A DNA stretch of 64,000 nucleotides from the sequence record MN091626.1. One strand, given 5' to 3'. Position 1 is the stretch's first letter. Each line of letters opens with the position of its first letter. The notes beneath the pieces are model-generated. The model was not told the origin of the DNA. It did no database searches and was given only the letters and a program-made list of their open reading frames with translations. Positions 38,474-48,018 of this stretch are shown one piece after another. The translations under genes were made by a program, and so were the position numbers.

Positions 38474-40813
38474 TTAATACTTGATTTCTGTAGATACGAT
38501 TAATTTATTTTGATATCTTCCACCTCTAGTGTAAACTTTACTATCAGTGTCACCTATATTAATACTATTTTCAGATCCATAAGCTATACATTCATCTAAG
38601 AATAAATTACCTCCTGATGAAGCTTGGAAGTCTTTTCCTTGATAACTTTCAAATGCGATACATCCTAAATTCCACGATTGTGTACCTTCATTTACATCAG
38701 CTACATTACCTCCATCATTTCTTCCATATATACCATTTATTCTAATGATTTTTAAACCTTCATGAGTAGTTGATCCGTTATTTGATTTAACACCATTCAA
38801 TCCTTTATCGGTTCCATTATCCATTCCTATACAATTAATCTCTATTATATTAGGTTTAGAACCATCAGCACCAATATGGTAATTTAAACCGTCAAAACTA
38901 TTATAATTACCTTTACAGCTATCAAGAATAATATCTTTACCGCCAACAATAGCAAGACCATTGTAACTTGAAGCAGAATGATAAAAATTACATTTCTTAA
39001 AGAATGTACTGTTATTTGAAGTTAAATTTAATTCAATGCAGTTTCTCCCGCCATATATATTTAAATTTTCAAAATATATATTTGAAGCTAAACTTGTTAA
39101 CTGTATATTCGAAGAAGATATTAAAGGTATTACATTACTATTTGAAGGTTTATTATCATTAATATTGGAATAAACTTTAGTACCGTCAGTAAACCATGAA
39201 TTAGGTGTACTTTCAACTTCATCAATACTACTTACTTTCTTTATATCAATACTATTATCTAGCGTTACAACTTTATCGGTAGCAGATCTACTAAATTCAT
39301 AAGTTCTATTTTTACCAGAAGTTAGTGTCCATGAAGGTTCATCAGCCATAATAATATTCACATTATTACCTGTGCCTATTATATTAATGCTCTTATTAAA
39401 TGCTTTTGTAATTAATGTGCCGCCAATTCTAAAATAGTTACCATCAGCAACCATAATTGTATCATTATCATTAACTTTAGGTATTACTACTTTAAAAGAT
39501 TTAAATGGGTTTTCTTTAGATAAACCATCATTAGAATCATTACCATTAACAGCATCTAAGTAGTAAGTAGTTCCGCCTGATAATCTATTAGTAGTTATAT
39601 CATATTTCACTCCAAAAGTACCTTTTCCATCAGTAACAATTCTATTTTTTAATATTTCATTACCATAATTGAAATCATTAGGTTTTCTAACTGTTATTGG
39701 AAGGGTAGGTGCATAATTACCATCAAGACCGGGTAAACCTTGTAGACCTTGAGTTCCAATCTTACCTGTATCACCTTTTAATCCATTTAACTGTTCTTCA
39801 GTAAAATCAGAATACTCGAAAGGATCTCCCTTTTCACCTTTTAATAGATCTAATTGTTCTTGAGTAAAATCGGAATATTCAAAAGGGCCACCTTTTTCAC
39901 CTTTTAACTCGGATAATTGTTCTTGAGTAAAATCAGAATACTCGAAAGGATCTCCTTTTAATCCATTTAACTGTTCTTCAGTAAAATCAGAGTATTTGAA
40001 GGGGTCGCCTTTAGGACCTTGTATACCTGGATCACCTTTATACATCTCAGCATTTTCTACCATGTAATTCTTAAGATTTTCTTTGTAATCTAATAATTTA
40101 TTTTCAAAATCATCTATTTTACTGTTAAATGAATCTTGTGCTAATTTTAATTCTTCAGATTTATCTTTTATAAGATTTAATTTTTCTTCAACTTTAACTA
40201 CATCATTTTCCATATTCTTAACATAGTTTGTAGTCTCACTAAGTTTTTCCATTTCATCATTAAGACTCATTGTATTGTTATAATTACTATTGAATTGTTC
40301 TCTTACAGTTTCAAAATCAGTTAAAGTATCTTTCATGCTACTTAATTTATTATTCATATCTTCTATTGTTGAAATTACATCTTCTTTTTCAGATTGTAAA
40401 TCTAATTTTTTATCTTCAATACTATATTTAAAACTATCTAGCTCACTCAAATATGAATTAAGATTATCATCATCAATTAAATTTTCTTTGATTAAGTTAA
40501 GTTTTTCTCCTGCTTTTTCATTAATATTATTTATATCAGTAGATATTATTTTTATTTGTTTAAAAGCCTCATTCACTTGAAGATATTTCTGTTTTATAAA
40601 ATCTTCAATAGAGAAATAATCAGCTACGTCATATTCTCCATCTGAATTTAAATCAACATATTCATTTTTATTTACCTTTACATATTGAATATTCATTAAA
40701 TCATAATAATCTAATGTATTTCTATCAACATAATAAGGTTTATTTATAGGTCCCATACCTTTACCTGGAATATAAGTTTTTTGAGGAACTATAATTAGTA
40801 TACTATCTTCCAT
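38474..40813 (-). CDS. Fibre/spike protein: coiled coil, collagen-like repeats, right-handed beta-helix
   Basis: G-X-Y triplets with four to five (G)PF(K/E)YSDFT(E/Q)EQL units; YYLDAVNGNDSNDG beta-helix cap followed by parallel beta-helix-like repeats. Confidence 0.75.
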   Translation of the reverse strand: MEDSILIIVPQKTYIPGKGMGPINKPYYVDRNTLDYYDLMNIQYVKVNKNEYVDLNSDGEYDVADYFSIEDFIKQKYLQVNEAFKQIKIISTDINNINEKAGEKLNLIKENLIDDDNLNSYLSELDSFKYSIEDKKLDLQSEKEDVISTIEDMNNKLSSMKDTLTDFETVREQFNSNYNNTMSLNDEMEKLSETTNYVKNMENDVVKVEEKLNLIKDKSEELKLAQDSFNSKIDDFENKLLDYKENLKNYMVENAEMYKGDPGIQGPKGDPFKYSDFTEEQLNGLKGDPFEYSDFTQEQLSELKGEKGGPFEYSDFTQEQLDLLKGEKGDPFEYSDFTEEQLNGLKGDTGKIGTQGLQGLPGLDGNYAPTLPITVRKPNDFNYGNEILKNRIVTDGKGTFGVKYDITTNRLSGGTTYYLDAVNGNDSNDGLSKENPFKSFKVVIPKVNDNDTIMVADGNYFRIGGTLITKAFNKSINIIGTGNNVNIIMADEPSWTLTSGKNRTYEFSRSATDKVVTLDNSIDIKKVSSIDEVESTPNSWFTDGTKVYSNINDNKPSNSNVIPLISSSNIQLTSLASNIYFENLNIYGGRNCIELNLTSNNSTFFKKCNFYHSASSYNGLAIVGGKDIILDSCKGNYNSFDGLNYHIGADGSKPNIIEINCIGMDNGTDKGLNGVKSNNGSTTHEGLKIIRINGIYGRNDGGNVADVNEGTQSWNLGCIAFESYQGKDFQASSGGNLFLDECIAYGSENSINIGDTDSKVYTRGGRYQNKLIVSTEIKY

Positions 40814-40992
40814 ACTATATTTCCACTCCTTTAAATTTGATCTGTAAAATCCCCCTAATATATTTTTAAATCGATGATTATTCTATTCTTATAATTATTG
40901 GCTCATCGTTTAAAGTTATATATTAGGGGAACTAATTTTAGTCGAAAAAACTAACGAAAATTAATTTTTATTATATAATAATGTTATAAATT

Positions 40993-42918
40993 TTAACCAT
41001 TAATAATTTTAAAAATATTTTCGTTTAATAAATCTCTTTCTAATCTACTTTCTTCAGAAAGTTTTTCCATTAATTCTTCTTCTGTATATTTATCAAAAGA
41101 TACAGAATTATATCCATTAATAGAAATAGAAGATTCATTAACTTGAATTGATTTATTTACATTTAGATCATTAATGCTTTCTTCTAAGAATTTTTTAAGA
41201 CGTGTTTCATCTCTATTAGGTACATTTTCATAGGCTTCAAACACTATATCTTCATAGTATTCTTCTAATGATTCTTCAAAACCTTCATAAAGTGAATCAT
41301 CTTTATTTTTTAATTGGAAATTAATATCTTCTTCTAGCAATTCTAAATTAACTTCTTCAGATAATCTTTCTTTAACATCTTCGTTAACTTCATCTAAAGG
41401 ATTAAGATAGTTTTCTAATAAACCTGATTCTGATTCATTATTAACACGTTGAATTGTATTTATATTGAATTCTTTTTCTAAGTTTTCTAAAGTTATTTCA
41501 TTATCTGTATAAAATTCTTTAAGAACTTTATTTACTTTAGGTTCAACTACAATAACTTTCTTAAATCCTAAACCGAAATCAACTTTATCAACTAATAATG
41601 AAGAAGGATTATATACTTTAGGAACTTCATCCATATAAGATTCTTTACTAATAACGATATCAACACGTTTACCTAAAGATTCAGATAAAGCATTTGTATA
41701 TCTAATTAAGTCTTTAATTGTGTAAGTTTCATTAACTTCTTCTTCATTAATAACTTTAGTTTTAAATTCAATATCAGTAGATCCACAATTTTCACATACT
41801 AATTCATCTTCATTAACGTTAGGATCAACTGTTTCTTGAACTCCACATTCGTTACAAATTACTTCTCCAACTTCTTTAGAAGTTTTTAAAGCTTCTTCAA
41901 GTTCTCCATTACAATTTTCACATACTAATTCATTTGATTCATTCATTGTTAGATTACTTCCACAATTTTCACAAACAGCTTTTCCATTTTCAATTTTACC
42001 AGTTTCACTTAAAATACGTCTAACAGTTTCAATTGATTCATTAGTAACGAAAATTTGTTTTTCATTTTCGTTTTCTAATTTAAATGTATTTAATAGAGTT
42101 TCATGAATTTTTTCTGCATGATTTTTAAATGATTTAACTACAGCGAAATCAGAATCCTCTCTCATATATACGTATGGGAAAGCTTGATTATTTTTATCAT
42201 CAACATAATTTTCATTAGCAATTATATTTTGTTTTTCAGTATTAACTTCTTTAGATTCTGGAGTACCTATAGCATATCCTACTTCAGCAGGTGTGTCTAA
42301 TATTCCATTTTTTAAATCTACAAAAGTAAATTCAGGAACTGGATCTTTATCGTATAAATAAGTTTCAGTAACTGCTCCTCCAACACTTGGAGAACCATTT
42401 GCAGCAGACAAACCTCCATCACTAACAGAACTTGCATTGGTATTTGCATTAGAAGTACTTACTGAATAAGTCGCATGTGGACCAAAAGTAGTAGGAACCA
42501 TCATTTGAGAATCTAAGAATTTAGCTCTTAATTCAGAATATCTTGGTTGTTTCTTATCTTCATCATCGTCTTCTTTTTCATCTTCGAATAAATAATCTTC
42601 TTCAACAGAAATTTCAGGATCTGAATTAGCTACATCAGTAATGATAACTTCATCTTTATCAGCCACGATTGGTTGATCGTAATCAGGGTGATCCGAATCA
42701 ATTACTTGAACATCATCTTCATCTTCAGCATCTTCAATTTCATCAAGATCATCAGATTCCTCATCATCAATTTCTTCTTCATCTTCATTAATTATTTCGT
42801 TAAACATTTCTTCTAATTCTTCATCATCTTCAGGAATATCACGTTTTAATTCTTCATTTTCATCATCATTTAAATCATCTTCAAATAATAACATATCATT
42901 TTTATTTTCTTCAGACAT
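40993..42918 (-). CDS. Very acidic late protein with CxxC zinc ribbons, putative inner-head/scaffold protein
   Basis: D/E-rich N-terminus, four CxxC (CENCG-type), many (I/L/V)NE motifs; in the late block. Confidence 0.55.
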   Translation of the reverse strand: MSEENKNDMLLFEDDLNDDENEELKRDIPEDDEELEEMFNEIINEDEEEIDDEESDDLDEIEDAEDEDDVQVIDSDHPDYDQPIVADKDEVIITDVANSDPEISVEEDYLFEDEKEDDDEDKKQPRYSELRAKFLDSQMMVPTTFGPHATYSVSTSNANTNASSVSDGGLSAANGSPSVGGAVTETYLYDKDPVPEFTFVDLKNGILDTPAEVGYAIGTPESKEVNTEKQNIIANENYVDDKNNQAFPYVYMREDSDFAVVKSFKNHAEKIHETLLNTFKLENENEKQIFVTNESIETVRRILSETGKIENGKAVCENCGSNLTMNESNELVCENCNGELEEALKTSKEVGEVICNECGVQETVDPNVNEDELVCENCGSTDIEFKTKVINEEEVNETYTIKDLIRYTNALSESLGKRVDIVISKESYMDEVPKVYNPSSLLVDKVDFGLGFKKVIVVEPKVNKVLKEFYTDNEITLENLEKEFNINTIQRVNNESESGLLENYLNPLDEVNEDVKERLSEEVNLELLEEDINFQLKNKDDSLYEGFEESLEEYYEDIVFEAYENVPNRDETRLKKFLEESINDLNVNKSIQVNESSISINGYNSVSFDKYTEEELMEKLSEESRLERDLLNENIFKIING

Positions 42919-42938
42919 TTTTAAATATCCTCCTTAAA

Positions 42939-44207
42939 TTATTTTCTAAAAGTTCCTTCAATACTATCTTTAATAATAAATAATATACACGGAAGTAATA
43001 CATAATCTTCCATATTCATATCATATTTATCATCATAGTAATTAAACACTTTACTTAATATTTTTTCTTCTATCTTTTCATCATTCATATACATTGAGAT
43101 TAATTTATATCTATCATCAAAGTAAGTTAAACTTTTAGTGCCTTGATAGTCTTCATTAACTTCATTAATCTTAGTTAAATTACTCAATTCTATAAAATCG
43201 TTTAATCCATCTAATACTTCAGTGTCTTCTATACTTTTATGAACGAAGCTTATTTCTTTATACTTCTCTCTAAACATTTTTAAGAAATTATCCTTAGTGT
43301 CATTAAGAGTAATAACATTAGGTAAAGTCTTTTTATCCTTTAATTTTTCATATAGAGAGAATTTATAGTTCTTTTGATTTATTCTTTCATTCTTAGGATT
43401 TTTATCTTTATAAGGTAGTATATTAGAAAGATAAGTACTAGATTTTACTAATAGATTATTGTCATAAATAAATCTGGATAAATTCAAATCAATATATTTA
43501 GTTGATGCAACTGCACTAAATTCATCTTCATAGTAAATAAAAGTATTTAATGAAGAATTATAGAAATGATCAATAAATATTTGTGAAAATTCATCAGCAT
43601 ATTTAATACTATGATTGACTTGATAGAAATCTTCTTCTAGTATCAATGATTTATTATCTGTTCCAATATTGGAAAATACTGTTCTATATACGTTTGATAC
43701 CTGATTTTCAATATCTTCTGTATTAACATTAAAATTCTGATATTGTATTTTATAGTAAGCTGAGTTCTCTAGTGAACTCATTTCTACATTAGTTACACGA
43801 TATATTCTACTAGTTGCATTTTCTTTAGACTGATATTGAAATACAATAAAATCATCTGGTAAAGGTTCAATAGTGCCTGGTAGTATAACTGCTTCAGATT
43901 CTAAATCTTTTTCAGTTCCCCATTCTTCATCCCATTCAATTGTAGGATTCATTTCAGCTACATTATACAAAGGGAAGTCTTTTAATTTATTATATTTCAA
44001 AGGAGAATTATCTCCAATAATTTCTTCAACATTATCTAGTGAACGATCAGAAGTAGATTTCTCATGATCTTTACTATAGTATGTAACAAAACTAGGAGCA
44101 CCTGCTTGAAACTTACTATATTTTTCTGTACCGGATAAATATGAGGATACGTAACTATTTACAATATCTTTTGGTTGTAATTCATCATTTGATATAAATG
44201 TACCCAT
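42939..44207 (-). CDS. Probable virion structural protein (neck/baseplate-like)
   Basis: Late block, own AACA-N6-TA element; no decisive motif recognised. Confidence 0.5.
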   Translation of the reverse strand: MGTFISNDELQPKDIVNSYVSSYLSGTEKYSKFQAGAPSFVTYYSKDHEKSTSDRSLDNVEEIIGDNSPLKYNKLKDFPLYNVAEMNPTIEWDEEWGTEKDLESEAVILPGTIEPLPDDFIVFQYQSKENATSRIYRVTNVEMSSLENSAYYKIQYQNFNVNTEDIENQVSNVYRTVFSNIGTDNKSLILEEDFYQVNHSIKYADEFSQIFIDHFYNSSLNTFIYYEDEFSAVASTKYIDLNLSRFIYDNNLLVKSSTYLSNILPYKDKNPKNERINQKNYKFSLYEKLKDKKTLPNVITLNDTKDNFLKMFREKYKEISFVHKSIEDTEVLDGLNDFIELSNLTKINEVNEDYQGTKSLTYFDDRYKLISMYMNDEKIEEKILSKVFNYYDDKYDMNMEDYVLLPCILFIIKDSIEGTFRK

Positions 44208-44342
44208 ATATTCTCATTATCCTCACTTTCTTTATTAAATTTCGTATATGGTATTGTTATCTTTGAATTTTGTTTTAATATAATAATCCCAATACCTTAA
44301 TATTATATTAATAGGTATTGGGATAAAATATTTTATAAAAAA

Positions 44343-44852
44343 TTAAAGACCAAATTCTTTATCTAAAGATTCTTCTAAAGAACTAATATCTTCATTAGTT
44401 TGTTCTTCTTCTTTAACAGCTTCAAATAAGCTAAATAAAGCTTCTTCAACAGGACTTACAACTGAATCAATTTTATTTTCCATAGCTTCATTTAATTTAG
44501 TAGGTAATTTTTTGAATAGAGCGATGTATTTCTTTTCATTATTTCTAGCCCAAGCTTCTGCTTTTTTAGGACTTTGGAAAGCACATACTCGAATAAAACG
44601 ATTTAAAATAGATGTTTTACCTTTAGCATCAATTACTCTGTAAGTAAATATAACTGTTCCATCTTCATGAGCATCTAAAGCAAATTCATTTTCATCAAAT
44701 TTTTTACCTTTAGCGATAACTTTAGCTTTCTTTTTAGTAGCACGTGCTATGAATTTTTCCTCTGTATCTTTATCAGAAGGGTTTACCATTTTTCTTAATG
44801 TATCCTTCACATTAGCTTCATTTAATAATGTTTCTTGTAAAAAATCTTCCAT
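44343..44852 (-). CDS. Putative inner-head protein, paralog of 44894..45454
   Basis: Shared W-containing helix (KAEAWARNNEKKYIALFKK) and SLEESLDKEFGL. Confidence 0.6.
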   Translation of the reverse strand: MEDFLQETLLNEANVKDTLRKMVNPSDKDTEEKFIARATKKKAKVIAKGKKFDENEFALDAHEDGTVIFTYRVIDAKGKTSILNRFIRVCAFQSPKKAEAWARNNEKKYIALFKKLPTKLNEAMENKIDSVVSPVEEALFSLFEAVKEEEQTNEDISSLEESLDKEFGL

Positions 44853-44893
44853 AATTATAATTCCTACTTTCGTAATTTATTTTTCTATATAAT

Positions 44894-45454
44894 TTAGTTT
44901 AATTTAAATTCCTCATCTAATATTTTTTCTAAATTTTCAATAACTTTATCATCTTCATCAATTTCAGGTTTCTTATCAGGGGCTTTCTTGAAGATAGATA
45001 CAAATTTATTTCCATTACTTTGAACCCATTTTTGTGCTTCTTTGAAACGATCTGCAACTATTCCAATAGGTATTCTTCGAATTTTATCTTTACCTTTATA
45101 TTTAACAGGTACTTCTAAAGCAGCGTTTTTACCACCAGTACGTTTGGCCACTACTACAATATTGCTTGAATCAATTCTAATACCATTACTTTTAGCTTTT
45201 ATTTTAAAATTCATACAAGCTTTAGCAAAATCCGCTTCAAGCGTATCAGGTTCAACAATTCCTTCTTGAACTGCAACATCCGAAGTATTACCGCAATCTT
45301 CACATACTAATTGACCTGATTCATTTGGAGACATTTTAGAACCACATTCTTCACAAATAGGCTCTTCTTTATCAGTATCAATATCACGATTTAATTCTTC
45401 ATTAACTAAACCAAATTCTTTATCTAAAGATTCTTCTAAAGATTTAAAATCCAT
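44894..45454 (-). CDS. Putative inner-head protein with double zinc ribbon
   Basis: MDFKSLEESLDKEFGL start, CEECG..CEDCG, EAQKWVQSNGNKFVSIFKK. Confidence 0.6.
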   Translation of the reverse strand: MDFKSLEESLDKEFGLVNEELNRDIDTDKEEPICEECGSKMSPNESGQLVCEDCGNTSDVAVQEGIVEPDTLEADFAKACMNFKIKAKSNGIRIDSSNIVVVAKRTGGKNAALEVPVKYKGKDKIRRIPIGIVADRFKEAQKWVQSNGNKFVSIFKKAPDKKPEIDEDDKVIENLEKILDEEFKLN

Positions 45455-45550
45455 TATATTTTCCTCATTTCTATTTATATTTATTAATATTAATGTGTTA
45501 TCTTAAATAAATTGCCCTAATGACAATTTTTATCATTAGGACAATTAAAA

Positions 45551-46718
45551 TTATAGCATATCTTTTACTTTACGTTTTAATTCTATTAAAGCTTTATTAG
45601 TGAAAAGCATTAAATAAATATCAGTAGTCATACGAGATACGATACTTAATGGAGAGAATATAGCTTCAATTTCCTCGTCAGGTCTATATTCTGCATAAGG
45701 AGATTCATTAGGAGGAGTAACATCAGCAATAACTGTTTTACATGCTCCATAGAAACTGATCTTATCACCAATACTCATATCATCTTCATACTCTGTGAAG
45801 ATTTCAATAAGTACTCCATCTACTTTCTCACCTTTAATTTTCTCACTATTAATTTTCTCTACAGCTGGAATATCTACATCTAATCCAGGTAATGTAGATT
45901 TATTATCTTTAACTGCATTTTTGTATTCTCTATATTTACTTTTAGATTTATTAATATAACTATTAACTAATTTAGCTAATGTAGGAGACATATTTTCAAT
46001 ATCATCATTATAATAGATATTTACTTTTTTAATTTCTCCAGTATATTTAGATCTAACAGCTCTATTAGAAATATCTTGTATTTCTTGTTCAAATTCAGAA
46101 CCGATTTTATCTAATAAAGAACCAATACCTTCATCATCAAATGAATTCTCAAATATCATTAATGGATCTCCTGTACGTACATTTTGACCTTCTTTAACAA
46201 TATATTGAATATTTGTATTAGAAGCTAAATTAACTGTTTTCTTCATAGTAACTTTAGTTGACATTGCTTCAGACATACTGTTAGAAATAATAGAACTATC
46301 TTCGTACGTGCCATAGCTTGAAGCAACTGCAACTTTAGATAATTTACCAGCAGCAAATTGAATATCATTATTACTGCCAGATCCTGCAAAGTAACTATCA
46401 TTTTTAGCTAATACTTGTCCTTTATTAAATTTCTTACCTACTTCAAATTGTGGAGTAAGTTTATTATTTTGATAGAAACCACCATTGGAGTTCTTAGCAA
46501 GTTTTTCAGATATATCAATTACATCTTTATCCCCATTAATGTATTCAACAAGCATTAATCCTGTTTTCTCATTGATAGAAGTTACTTTACCATCTTCTTT
46601 AGCTTTAAAAGCAAAAGTATCTGAAATTTGATAGGCTAAAGCTTTATCTACACCAGATCCAACTAAAGGACGGTCATTTGTTTTAGTTGCTATCAGGTGT
46701 TTTGCCTGAGTACCGGTC
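45551..46718 (-). CDS. rpoB: Phage RNA polymerase beta subunit, exon 2
   Basis: Frame open upstream of the track ORF (TGTQAKHLIA...); YEDSSIIS, IGDKISFYGACKTVI, IFSPLSIVSRM are RpoB C-terminal motifs. Confidence 0.88.
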
Positions 46719-48018
46719 CGATATCTTCAACAGAGATCGTAAATCTCTGCCAGTTCTCTTATGAACTTCTTTAAGATTTCCTTAAAGTCTAGACTATATC
46801 TTCACCCTATATTTTTATAGGGGATCACTATTTCGATTTAAGGGATTTTCACCCACTCCATTAACTTGAGCCCTACTCCTGTTGGTATATTTCAATACCC
46901 TAAGGGATAGTCGTTGAGCTTTTTCCTAGACAATTTTCGATTTTTTCTTTTATTTTTCCTTCTTTTTGATCTTTATAATTTATTCTTATCAGATCTAATT
47001 TTTCATGATTTTTGAAATAATCATCTTTTATTTTATCATTCTGTTTTAAGGTTTCGAATTTTTCTTTACCATTTTTATATCTAAAAGGTATAAAGTGCTG
47101 CTCACCGTCAAATTCTATACAAAGATTATATTCTTCTAAAAAGAAATCAACTCTTAAATGATTTCCTTTTATACTGAAAAGATCATCAAATTTCTTTTCT
47201 TTTTCATAAGGTATTTTCATATTATCCAAATATTCAGATATTTCTTTAGTACCTTTTGAATTACTAATATCACTACAATGAGGACAGCGATGTCCTGATG
47301 AATAAAAACTTTCCCAATTCATCTTAAATTCTCTTCCGCATTCTTCATGTAAGATATCCATTTTAGTTCTACTATTAGAATATGAATTTGAGACTAATTC
47401 ATAATCAAATTTTTCTATATAATCTTTTACTTCTTTAAGGTTTTTCCTTTTATTAGGTGCACAATGAGGACAACCATAACCCTGCTGAAGATTACTGTAT
47501 GTTGATTTGAACTCATTCCCACATAAAGAATGAAATATTAATAATTTCTTTTTACTGTTTTCATATTCACTCTTTAAAATATAAACATCCTTACCATGTA
47601 AGTCATTTAATTTTTCTTGTACAACTTCATTATCAACTACTCTTCCTGCACACTTAGGACATTTATAACCTTTAATAAAATTTGATGGTGCTACATCATA
47701 TACATAATTACATTTTTTATGTTTTAGTTTTAATTTATTTTTGTATAATTCGAAATCCTTTATGAAAATATATTCATCATAATGTTTTAATCTCTCTTTA
47801 CATTTCTTATGGTATTCTTCTTGTTTATTCAATTATTTCCAACCTTTCTTACGAAAAGCTTGTCTAGGAACTTAGTTGCTGATCATCCAATCTTAATGAT
47901 TTTTAAGCATATCACGCTTACTGTTACCAGTTACGTTGTAGCTCATTAAGCTCTAAGGACTTCCCAGCAATTAAATGATTTTATTACATATACATTACTG
48001 TATAAGGGGACAAAATTT
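46719..48018 (-). mobile_element. Group I intron in the RNAP beta gene
   Basis: 5' exon ends GGGAU with P1 partner GUCCC; P/Q/R/S elements present; terminal G at 46719; spliced product reads HADSPRIGMTGTQAKH, aligning with RpoB/RPB2 H..SPR....M.KQ. Confidence 0.9.
46900..47832 (-). CDS. Intron-encoded Zn-finger-repeat PD-(D/E)xK homing endonuclease
   Basis: Three H..C...CP.C repeats; LRVDFFLEEYNLCIEFDGEQHF. Confidence 0.82.
   Translation of the reverse strand: MNKQEEYHKKCKERLKHYDEYIFIKDFELYKNKLKLKHKKCNYVYDVAPSNFIKGYKCPKCAGRVVDNEVVQEKLNDLHGKDVYILKSEYENSKKKLLIFHSLCGNEFKSTYSNLQQGYGCPHCAPNKRKNLKEVKDYIEKFDYELVSNSYSNSRTKMDILHEECGREFKMNWESFYSSGHRCPHCSDISNSKGTKEISEYLDNMKIPYEKEKKFDDLFSIKGNHLRVDFFLEEYNLCIEFDGEQHFIPFRYKNGKEKFETLKQNDKIKDDYFKNHEKLDLIRINYKDQKEGKIKEKIENCLGKSSTTIP

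Noticed and set aside
47946-48018. C-terminal INFVPLYSNVYVIKSFNCWEVLRA of the track beta ORF
   Set aside because: This is read-through into the intron 5' end, not part of the spliced protein; LKVAQDKAF at 19842-19871 is the same artefact.
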